This document shows positions 35,865-43,667 of a stretch of DNA of 64,000 nucleotides, in pieces. Each line of letters begins with the position of its first letter. Position 1 is the first letter of the stretch. The stretch comes from Ottowia sp. GTDB taxonomy: Bacteria > Pseudomonadota > Gammaproteobacteria > Burkholderiales > Burkholderiaceae_C. The stretch covers positions 1,042 through 65,041 of the forward strand of contig JALOAS010000004.1 of the NCBI GenBank assembly GCA_023228705.1, given 5' to 3'. Position numbers and translations under genes: made by a program. The notes under the pieces were generated by a model. It was not told the origin of the DNA and did no database searches. It worked only from the letters and a program-made list of their open reading frames with translations.

Positions 35865-36860
35865 TTACTCGACCGCCAGTGCCTTCTGCAGCAGTTCTTC
35901 CCCGCCCTTCACGTTGTCGGCAAACTCCTTGTAGGACGACCCCTTGGCGATCTCCATCCAGGCCTTGTAGTCGTCGCCGCTCATGGTCACGACCTCGACG
36001 CCGGCCTTCTCGTAGACGTCGCGCATTTTCTGCTCGCCCTTCCTGGCCTCCTCGTTGAAGTAGTCCTCGGCCTTCTTCGCAGCCGCCATGATGGCGTCGC
36101 GCTGCGCGTCGTTGAGCTTGTCCCAGGTCTTCTTGGACATGATGATGGGCTCGTACATGAACCACAACGCGTTGTCACCCGGCGCGGTCAGGCACTTGAC
36201 CTGCTCGTACAGCCGGAACGAGACAAAGCTGCTGTTGGACGTGTTGGCCGCATCCAGCACGCCGGTCTGCATGGCGGAATACACCTCGGAGGACGGCATC
36301 GAGGCGATCGACGCGCCAGCCGCTGCCAGCATTTGCTCGAATGCCGGGCCTGCGGCGCGGATCACCTGGCCCTTGACGGTATCCGGGCTGGTGATGCACT
36401 GCTTCTTGGACGCAAAACCGCCGGCCAGCCAGGCATCGGCAATGACGACCGCACCGTTGTCCTCGACGATTTTCTTGATGTCCTTCATGAAGTCGGATTC
36501 GTTCAGCCGCTCGGCATGCGCCAGGTTGCGCACCAGCCCGGGCATGAGCGTGGCCGAAAACTGCGGCACGCGCCCCGAGGCGTAGTCCAGGGGGAACGCC
36601 GAGATGTCGAGCTGGCCGCGCGTCAGCGCACCCCACTGCTCGGCGGCCTTGTACAGCGACTGGCTGGGGAAGATCTGGATCTTCAGCCCCACATCGGCGG
36701 CTTCGACGTCGCGCGCCAGGATCTGCACCATCTCGTCGCGTGGGTCACCCTGCCCACCCGGGAACTGGTGCGAGGCACGCAGCGTGGTCTGAGCCAGCGC
36801 GGCGGTGGCGCCGGCGGCAAAAGCCAGGCCAAGCAGGATGGGAATGATGGAACGCTTCAC
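35865..36860 (-). CDS. dctP: TRAP transporter substrate-binding subunit (DctP family)
   Basis: GTG start at VKRSIIPILLGLAFAAGATAALAQ, preceded by gggagac. An alternative ATG lies at 36905. DctP-family sequence throughout. Confidence 0.85.
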   Translation of the reverse strand: MKRSIIPILLGLAFAAGATAALAQTTLRASHQFPGGQGDPRDEMVQILARDVEAADVGLKIQIFPSQSLYKAAEQWGALTRGQLDISAFPLDYASGRVPQFSATLMPGLVRNLAHAERLNESDFMKDIKKIVEDNGAVVIADAWLAGGFASKKQCITSPDTVKGQVIRAAGPAFEQMLAAAGASIASMPSSEVYSAMQTGVLDAANTSNSSFVSFRLYEQVKCLTAPGDNALWFMYEPIIMSKKTWDKLNDAQRDAIMAAAKKAEDYFNEEARKGEQKMRDVYEKAGVEVVTMSGDDYKAWMEIAKGSSYKEFADNVKGGEELLQKALAVE

Positions 36861-36929
36861 TGTGTTGTCTCCCTGGTCCGTTGGAACTTCTCGCGGGTTG
36901 CGCAAGCTGCGCGGCGAACCATCGAGTTT

Positions 36930-37045
36930 AACCTAGAATCCGCAGTTGACCGCTTATTTTCTTTGACAACTATTTGTTATTACTCGAAGTTTTGCGTTTT
37001 TCAATGACCACCCGTCAGGTGAAGACGCTATGCGGAATCTAGGTT
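36930..37045. repeat. second inverted pair of the 17-nt motif (AACCTAGAATCCGCAGT / reverse complement AACCTAGATTCCGCATA)
   Basis: 36930..36946 and 37029..37045 bound an AT-rich 116-bp segment upstream of dctP. Anchored on the codons of ORF 35541..37007 and on GTG 37074. Confidence 0.65.
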
Positions 37046-37076
37046 TAATGTAAAAGCAGCGGGCGATAAAAACGTG

Positions 37077-37184
37077 CCGCTGCGCCAGGTTGAGCGCTTC
37101 GGACGTGCCTGTCATGAGGATGGCTGCAAGCATGTTGTTGCAGATCTTGGCGATCTGGCCCATGATCTCCAGCAGCGGCCGGAG
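37077..37184 (-). pseudogene. relic of a 3-hydroxyisobutyrate dehydrogenase (HIBADH/MmsB family) gene
   Basis: Minus-strand translation is LRPLLEIMGQIAKICNNMLAAILMTGTSEALNLAQR. It contains the family hallmark GQxAKxCNNxLL...GTxEA, but only about 36 aa survive, with no start and no remaining domains. Confidence 0.55.
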
Positions 37185-37200
37185 CGCACCAGGAAGGAAC

Positions 37201-37227
37201 GCAACGGGCAGGCTGCCTGCCCGTTGC
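37201..37227 (-). terminator. 12-bp perfect hairpin downstream of the binding-protein gene
   Basis: gcaacgggcagg-ctg-cctgcccgttgc, 26 nt after stop 37253. The U tract is weak. Confidence 0.5.
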
Positions 37228-37252
37228 ACCTCGCTCCGGCTGGCAGGCGCCG

Positions 37253-38446
37253 TCAGTTGACCAGCGGGCACTGGCTCTCGGACAGCGGCCGCGTCACCAG
37301 GCTGGCCGGGAGCGTGGATTTCACCTTGTAGACGTCCCACTCGCCCTTGGACTCGTCCGGCTTCTTGACCTCGACCAGGTACATGTCGTGCTCCATGCGG
37401 CCGTCCTTGCGCACGGTGCCATTGGGCGCAAAGAAGTCGTGCACGGGCAGCTCGCGCATCTTCTCGGCCACCTGGTCCGCATCGGTGGAACCGGCCGCAT
37501 CGACCGCCTTCAGGTAGTGCAGGACCGCCGAATACGTGCCCGCCTGGACCATTCCCGGCATGCGGCCGGTGCGCTCGTCAAAGCGCTTGCCGAACTCGCG
37601 GCTGGCGTCGTCGCGGTCCCAGTAGTACGACGTGGCGGCAACCAGGCCCTGCGCCGTTTGCAGCCCCAGCGCGTGCACGTCGCTGATGACCATGGCCAGC
37701 GCGGCCAGCTTCTGCCCGCCGGTCATGATGCCGAACTCGCCGGCCTGCTTGATCGCGTTGATCATGTCGGTGCCGGCGTTGGCCAGCGCGATCGCGTCTG
37801 CCCTGGACCCCTGCGCCTGCAGCAGGAACGAGGCAAAGTCCGCGGTGCCCAGCGGTGCGCGCACCGCACCCACGACCTCGGCGCCCTTTTGCTCTATGGT
37901 CGTGGTCAGGTCGGCCTGCATGGCGTGGCCAAAGGCGTAGTCCGTGACCAGGATGAACCACTTCTTGGCCCCGTCATCGATCATGCCGGTGGCCACGCCG
38001 CGCGGCGCCGCGTAGGTGTCGAACACCCAGTGGAACCCGGTGGGCGAACACGCCTCGTTGGTCAGCGCCGAAGAAAACGGCCCCGTGGCAATGGTGATCC
38101 TGTCCTTGTCCTTGGCCAGGTCCTGGACGGCCAGCGCCACCGCGGAGTTGGTCAGGTCGGTGATCATCTGCACGTCCTCGGTGTCAAACCACTTGCGTGC
38201 AATCGATGCCGCAACGTCAGGCTTGTTGCGGTGGTCCGCGTCAATGACCTCCACGGGCCGCCCCAGCACCTGGCCGCCAAAGTCCTCGACGGCCATCTTG
38301 GCCGCGACCACCGAGGTCTTGCCGCCAAAATCAGCGTACGGCCCGGACTGGTCGTTCAAGACGCCTATCCTCAGCACCTCGGCATCTGCGGCCAATGCGT
38401 GGCCGGCGCCCAGCGCCAGCGCGATGGCAAGTAATACGGCTTTCAT
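37253..38446 (-). CDS. ABC transporter substrate-binding protein, LivK/branched-chain amino acid type
   Basis: 397 aa with a signal peptide followed by LRIGVLNDQSGPYADFGGKTSVVAAKMAVEDFGG. No cognate permease or ATPase in the window. Confidence 0.85.
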   Translation of the reverse strand: MKAVLLAIALALGAGHALAADAEVLRIGVLNDQSGPYADFGGKTSVVAAKMAVEDFGGQVLGRPVEVIDADHRNKPDVAASIARKWFDTEDVQMITDLTNSAVALAVQDLAKDKDRITIATGPFSSALTNEACSPTGFHWVFDTYAAPRGVATGMIDDGAKKWFILVTDYAFGHAMQADLTTTIEQKGAEVVGAVRAPLGTADFASFLLQAQGSRADAIALANAGTDMINAIKQAGEFGIMTGGQKLAALAMVISDVHALGLQTAQGLVAATSYYWDRDDASREFGKRFDERTGRMPGMVQAGTYSAVLHYLKAVDAAGSTDADQVAEKMRELPVHDFFAPNGTVRKDGRMEHDMYLVEVKKPDESKGEWDVYKVKSTLPASLVTRPLSESQCPLVN

Positions 38447-38592
38447 GTTGTCTCCCCTCTAGCAACGAACCTTGCTGCGGCGAGACAGCGCCCCGCCTGC
38501 AGCGCGAGACCCGTCGGCGCTGGCCCTGCCCTGGCAGGGTGAGTACAACGTCGGCGAGATCGGGCCGGGCCGCTGCTGGCCCGGCACACGAT

Positions 38593-40080
38593 TCAGATAT
38601 CCAGGTTGACCGTGATGGTCTTCAGGCGCGAGAAGCTCTCGAGCATGGAGTGCAGCGCCATTTCCTTGCCCAGCCCGCTCTCCTTGAACCCGCCGTAGGG
38701 TTGGCCCAGGATCTGACCCTTGCCCTGGTTGACCTGCACCCACCCCGAGTCGATTTCCTGCGCCAGCCGGATCGCGCGCGCCGTGTCGTGCGAGAACACG
38801 TAGCCGGCCAGCCCGTAGTGGCTGTCGTTGGCCATCTGGAGCACCTCGGCCTCGTCGTCCCAGGCAATCGCAACCAGCACCGGCCCGAAGATTTCCTCGC
38901 GCGCGAGCCGCCAGTCGTTGGACGTGCTGCGAAACAGCGTGGGCGTGGCAAAGTAGCCCTGGCTCAGCGGACCGTCCTTCTCGGGCAGGCCGCCGGTGAG
39001 CAGCTGCACGTCCTTGTGGCCCATGCCTTCCTGCACGTAGTCGCAGACCCGCGTGAACTGCTTGTTGTTGATGATGCTGCCCATGTCGGTGGCTTCGTCC
39101 AGCGGGTCGCCTATGTTGTAGGAGGCCATCTTGGCTGCCACCTTGGCGAGCAGGCTGTCTGCAATCTTCCTGTGCACGAACAGCCGCGATCCGGCCGTGC
39201 ACGACTGGCTCTGCCGCGTGAAGCGCATGGCCGAGGCGATGCCGTCGACCACCCAGTCCGCGTCGGCGTCCTCGCAGACGATGACCGGGCTCTTGCCACC
39301 CAGTTCCAGCGAGACCGGGACGATGCGCTGCGCGGCCTGCGCCATGATGCCCTTGCCCACTGCGGTGGAACCGGTGAACGACAGCTTGTCCACGCGCGGG
39401 TGCGCCGCAAGCGCAGCGCCGCACTCGTGGCCGTAGCCGGTGATGACGTTGAGCACGCCTTCGGGCAGGTACTTGCTGCAGACTTCGGCGATCAGGAGCA
39501 CGCCAAGCGGCGCGTCCTCGGCTGCCTTGAGCACCAGCGTGTTGCCCGCGCAGAGCGCGGGAGCGATCTTGATCGACGCCAGCTGCACCGGCGCGTTCCA
39601 CGGCACGATGGCCGCGACGACGCCCAGCGGCTCGCGCCGCGTGTAGCTGAGCAGGTCGTCGCCCAGCGGCAGCGTCTCGCCCTTGAGCTCGCTGGCCAGC
39701 CCGCCAAAGTAACGGAAGGTGTTGTGCACGAAAGCCGCCTCGGGCCGCGTCTGCGTGCGCAGCGCGTTGCCGGTCTCGTGCGCGCCCAACCGCGCCAGCT
39801 GCTCGGCCCGCTCTTCCAGCTCGTCGGCAATCTTCAGCAGCAGGCGGCCGCGCTCGGTGGGAGACACGCGGCGCCAGGCGTCAAAGGCGCCAGCCGCCGC
39901 GGCCACCGCGCGGTCCACGTCCTCGGCGCCCGAGCGCGGCACCGATGCAATCACCTGCTTGTTCGCCGGGCACTCGACGTCCAGCTCGCGTCCGTCTGCA
40001 GCGCCCACCCACTGCCCGCCTATCAGCTGCCGGGTGGGTCCCAGCACCACCGTCTCGTTGGCTGCACTGGTCTGCGCCAT
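38593..40080 (-). CDS. NAD(P)-dependent aldehyde dehydrogenase
   Basis: 495 aa with the VSLELGGKSP glutamate motif and the catalytic-Cys region FTRQSQSCTAGSRLFV. Confidence 0.92.
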   Translation of the reverse strand: MAQTSAANETVVLGPTRQLIGGQWVGAADGRELDVECPANKQVIASVPRSGAEDVDRAVAAAAGAFDAWRRVSPTERGRLLLKIADELEERAEQLARLGAHETGNALRTQTRPEAAFVHNTFRYFGGLASELKGETLPLGDDLLSYTRREPLGVVAAIVPWNAPVQLASIKIAPALCAGNTLVLKAAEDAPLGVLLIAEVCSKYLPEGVLNVITGYGHECGAALAAHPRVDKLSFTGSTAVGKGIMAQAAQRIVPVSLELGGKSPVIVCEDADADWVVDGIASAMRFTRQSQSCTAGSRLFVHRKIADSLLAKVAAKMASYNIGDPLDEATDMGSIINNKQFTRVCDYVQEGMGHKDVQLLTGGLPEKDGPLSQGYFATPTLFRSTSNDWRLAREEIFGPVLVAIAWDDEAEVLQMANDSHYGLAGYVFSHDTARAIRLAQEIDSGWVQVNQGKGQILGQPYGGFKESGLGKEMALHSMLESFSRLKTITVNLDI

Positions 40081-40150
40081 CTCTCTCTCCTGGTTGCGGG
40101 GTCGCTGCAGCCGGCGTCATGCCCGGGCTGCAGCGCTCCTGGCCTTCAAA

Positions 40151-40915
40151 TCAACGTCCCTGGAATTGCGGGATCCTCTTTTCCTTCCACGCAAGCGCGC
40201 CCTCGCGGATGTCCTCAGAGGCTTCGGAGCGGCGCACGCCTTCGGCGTTGGCCACCTCGTCGAGCACGCCGTTGATGACCTGGTTCAGGTCCCGCTTGAT
40301 GCCAAGCAATGCCAGCGGCGCCATGTGTGCCAGCGCCTGGCTCAGCTCGTCAACGCGCGCCTGCAGCGCGTCCGGCGCAACCAGCTCGGTGAGAAAACCC
40401 ACGTCGAGCATCTCCTGCGCGCCGATCTTCTCGGCGGTCAGGAACAGGCGCTTGGCGTTGTTCACGCCCAGGCGCGACACGTAGCGGCGCAGCCCGCCCG
40501 GATAAAACCGCAGCCCCAGGCGCGCCGCCGGCATGAACATGTTGGCGCCCGGACTGCCGATGCGAAAGTCGCAGGCCAGCGCCAGGTCGGTACCGCCGCC
40601 GTAGGCACCGCCGTGCACCGCCGCGATCGTGACCGGACGCGCAGCCTCCACCTGGTCGATGGTCTCGCCAAAGTACAGCGAGCTGGGCGCCTCGCTGCTG
40701 GCCAGCGACGAGATGTCGTAGCCGCTGCAAAAATACTTGCCGCGAGACGTGATGCGCAGCACCAGCACGTCCTCGCTGGCATTGACCGCGTCGAGCAGCC
40801 GGCGCAGGGTGGCCAGGTCGTCGGGGCTCAGGCGGTTGCTTCGCTCCGGATTTTGCAGCGCAATGGTCGCGATGCGGCCGTCGACGTCCAGCGTGGGGGC
40901 GGTCTCCGTGCTCAT
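40151..40915 (-). CDS. enoyl-CoA hydratase/isomerase (crotonase) family protein
   Basis: 254 aa with the crotonase-fold blocks FCSGYDISSL and AAVHGGAYGGGTDLALACDFRI. Confidence 0.9.
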   Translation of the reverse strand: MSTETAPTLDVDGRIATIALQNPERSNRLSPDDLATLRRLLDAVNASEDVLVLRITSRGKYFCSGYDISSLASSEAPSSLYFGETIDQVEAARPVTIAAVHGGAYGGGTDLALACDFRIGSPGANMFMPAARLGLRFYPGGLRRYVSRLGVNNAKRLFLTAEKIGAQEMLDVGFLTELVAPDALQARVDELSQALAHMAPLALLGIKRDLNQVINGVLDEVANAEGVRRSEASEDIREGALAWKEKRIPQFQGR

Positions 40916-42144
40916 TGCGCCGCTCCGGACTCGGTCGCGAAATCAGGGCGGACCTCGTCACTGATCACCCCGCGCGCGCGCAGCGCCTGGATCTCATCGT
41001 CGGCGATGCCCAGATCGCGCAGCACCTCGGCGCTGTGCTGTCCCAGCAGCGGCGGCGCAAGCCGGGTGCTTTTTTCACCGGCGTGCGCTGATAGCCGCAC
41101 CGGCGACCCCACCAGCGAGATTTCGCCCAGGACCGGATGCGCTATCTGCTCGACGATGCCTGCAGCCTTGACCTGCGCGTCGGCAAACACGTCCGGCATG
41201 CTGTTGATGGGTCCGGCCGGAATGCCGTTGGGAACAAACAGCTCGGTCCACTGGCTGCGCGTTTTCTCGCGCAGCCGCGATTCCAGCAACGCCTTGAGCG
41301 CGTCGCGGTTCTGGATGCGCTCGGCGTTGGTGAGAAAGCGCGGGTCGCCGGTCAGCTCCTGCAGGCCCAGCAGCTCGCAAAGCTTTTTCCACATGGGCTC
41401 GGTCGCCGGTGCGAGGTTGATGGGACCGTCTGCGGTTTCAAACGTGCCGTAAGGCGCCAGCGTGGGGTGCGCGTTGCCGTTGAGCGTTGGCACCTCGCCC
41501 AGGTTCAGGTAGCGCTGCCCCTGCACGCTCAGCAGCGCCATGAGGCCGGCCAGCAGCGACACGTCCACGTGCTGGCCCCGGCCCGTGCGGCCGCGCTCGA
41601 TGACCGCCGAGAGGATGCCGGTAACCAGCCACATGCCGGCAACCATGTCGCCAATCGGAATGCCCACCCGCGTCGCGCCGGTCTCGGGGCTGCCGGTCAG
41701 GCTCATGAAACCGGAATGACCCTGCGCGATCTGGTCGAACCCGGCCCAGTCCCTGGCCGGGCCGACGCGTCCGTAGCCCGAAATCGACGCCATGATCAGC
41801 GCCGGGTTCTCCGCGGCCAGGCTGTCGTAGCCCAGCCCCATCTTTTCCATGGTGCCGACGCGGAAGTTTTCAACGACGATGTCCGACTTCAGCGCCAACC
41901 GGCGCAGCAGCGCCGCCCCCTCGGGGTCGCGGAAGTCCAGCCCCAGCCCCTTCTTGTTCCGGTTGGTGCTGAGAAAGTAGACGCTCATGTCGCGATCAAT
42001 GGGCCCCCAGCCGCGCGACATCTCGCCGCGGGGCAGCGGCTCGGCCTTGATCACCTCGGCCCCCAGGTCACCCAGGATCATGGTGCTGTACGGCCCCGCC
42101 AGCGCCCGCGACAAATCCAGAACCTTCAACCCCGCCAGTGGCAT
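40912..42144 (-). CDS. family III CoA-transferase (CaiB/BaiF type)
   Basis: Start at MPLAGLKVLDLSRALAGPYSTMILGDLGAEVIKAEP, preceded by the RBS ggagag. The upstream MDRLSHRR... part of the ORF is translation of the repeat. Confidence 0.9.
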   Translation of the reverse strand: MPLAGLKVLDLSRALAGPYSTMILGDLGAEVIKAEPLPRGEMSRGWGPIDRDMSVYFLSTNRNKKGLGLDFRDPEGAALLRRLALKSDIVVENFRVGTMEKMGLGYDSLAAENPALIMASISGYGRVGPARDWAGFDQIAQGHSGFMSLTGSPETGATRVGIPIGDMVAGMWLVTGILSAVIERGRTGRGQHVDVSLLAGLMALLSVQGQRYLNLGEVPTLNGNAHPTLAPYGTFETADGPINLAPATEPMWKKLCELLGLQELTGDPRFLTNAERIQNRDALKALLESRLREKTRSQWTELFVPNGIPAGPINSMPDVFADAQVKAAGIVEQIAHPVLGEISLVGSPVRLSAHAGEKSTRLAPPLLGQHSAEVLRDLGIADDEIQALRARGVISDEVRPDFATESGAAQ

Positions 42145-42178
42145 CACAGCGCGTCTCTCCTTGTCTTTATCCAATCCA

Positions 42179-42367
42179 TCCCAGGAGCCTGCCGAACTTT
42201 GGTCCAATCTACTGCGCCGGTGGGACAAGCGGTCCATTTTTGCCCGCTTTTTCGTTGCATAGCTGGGCTATGCGCCTCAAAATCAAACAAAACTGCCCTC
42301 GCTTTCCCACTCGGTTGGCTTCGCCGCTCTGCGAGAACGCTACGATCGCCAAAGCCCGACAGACTCC
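42179..42367 (+). repeat. palindromic MITE-like element, copy 2 (189 nt, with 54-nt nested insertion at about 42249..42302)
   Basis: Matches 13492..13626 with 3 substitutions outside the insertion. Same orientation as copy 1. Ends 35 nt upstream of the CoA-transferase ATG. Confidence 0.8.
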
Positions 42368-42534
42368 TAGCGCCGCCCAAAAGGCGGTGCAATCACAATG
42401 TGTGTTGCTACGAACACCGCTGATTCTGACACGGCACGTGCGCCCGGGCGGTAGCGTATCGCGAGGCTTGCATCGGGCAACGGTTGTCGCGAAGGATAAG
42501 GCACAGCCCTCTTGGCAGCGGGCCCCGGCGAACT

Positions 42535-43008
42535 CTACTGCAACGTGTCCTTGAAGCCGTCGGGCAGCGGCATGACGGAAATGCCTTCTTCCAGCAACTC
42601 GCGCGTTTGCTGCGCCGTGGCCTGGCCGCGGATGCCGCGCTCGCGGGTCTCGCCATAGTGCATGCGCCGGGCCTCCTCGGGAAACTGCTGCCCCACGTCT
42701 TCGGTCTGCGCCACGATCCGGCGCAGCGCCTTCAGCCAGGTCGCCTGCAGCGCGGCTGGTGGTCCCGTCCCCTCGTCCGCTTCTGCCGGCGGCTGCTCGT
42801 CGCCCTTTTGCTTCGTGCGAGCCGGCGCGGTCTGGCGGCGCAGGTTGAGGCGCGGCGCACTGGGAACGCGCGCAACGTCGGTTGCGCTGCACAGCGGACA
42901 AGTGAGCAGCCCGCGATCGAGCTGGTCCTGGTAATCGCCTTCCGAGGAGAACCAGCCCTCGAAGGCGTGCCCGCCCGCGCATTGAAGATCAAAGACTTTC
43001 ACGCACAT
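42535..43008 (-). CDS. DUF1178 family zinc-ribbon protein
   Basis: 157 aa with FDLQCAGGHAFEGWFSS...LTCPLCS. Conserved position after nuoN and NUDIX in Burkholderiales. Confidence 0.8.
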   Translation of the reverse strand: MCVKVFDLQCAGGHAFEGWFSSEGDYQDQLDRGLLTCPLCSATDVARVPSAPRLNLRRQTAPARTKQKGDEQPPAEADEGTGPPAALQATWLKALRRIVAQTEDVGQQFPEEARRMHYGETRERGIRGQATAQQTRELLEEGISVMPLPDGFKDTLQ

Positions 43009-43642
43009 TGCCCAACGCGGGAGCTGAAGACGCGGCGCGCCACTGCGGCGTCCAGCTCCCGTTCAACATGTTCTGCAGCCACAGCGCGCCGGCCAGCGTC
43101 TTGGAGTCGGTGATCGCGCCGCTGCGGCACCAATCCTGGACCTGCGCCACGGACGCGCTGAACACCTCGATGAACTCGCCGGAATCCAGCTGCCGCGATC
43201 CGGCGCGCAACCCGCGCGCAAACCAGATCTCCAGCACCTCGTCCGAGTAGCCTATGGCCACGTGCACGACGCCGGCGCGGGCCCACTGCCTGCCACTATA
43301 GCCCGTTTCCTCGCGCAGTTCACGCTGCGCGCAGGTCAGCGGTGCTTCGGCAGCGTCCAGCTTGCCCGCGGGAAACTCGATCATGGTGCGCTGCACCGGG
43401 TAACGGTACTGGCGCTCGAGCACCACGTGCAGGGCGCCGCCTGCCGCTTCCAGCAACGGAACGATCATGACCGCACCCGGATGCGCGACGTACTCGCGCT
43501 CGGCACGGCCGCCATCGGGCAGCGCGACCCGGTCGCGGAAGACGCGCAGGAAATTGCCGCGCCACTGCTCCTGGCGGTGGATCGCCCGTTCGGTCAGGTC
43601 GCGCAAGGAGTTGCCCTCCGCAACGCTGCCGCGCCGCCGCAT
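42989..43642 (-). CDS. NUDIX hydrolase (ADP-ribose pyrophosphatase-like)
   Basis: 217 aa with the Nudix box GKLDAAEAPLTCAQRELREETGY. Confidence 0.85.
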   Translation of the reverse strand: MRRRGSVAEGNSLRDLTERAIHRQEQWRGNFLRVFRDRVALPDGGRAEREYVAHPGAVMIVPLLEAAGGALHVVLERQYRYPVQRTMIEFPAGKLDAAEAPLTCAQRELREETGYSGRQWARAGVVHVAIGYSDEVLEIWFARGLRAGSRQLDSGEFIEVFSASVAQVQDWCRSGAITDSKTLAGALWLQNMLNGSWTPQWRAASSAPALGNVRESL

Positions 43643-43667
43643 GCCTGGCGCCTGCAGCCGGGACGCA

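Noticed and set aside
13492-42367. The idea that the two same-orientation MITE-like copies delimit a 28.7-kb composite transposon or genomic island.
   Set aside because: Apart from the 4-kb low-GC islet, the interval is high-GC and functionally heterogeneous (imu cassette, zapA/6S RNA, transporters, catabolic genes). It contains no transposase, integrase or conjugation genes.
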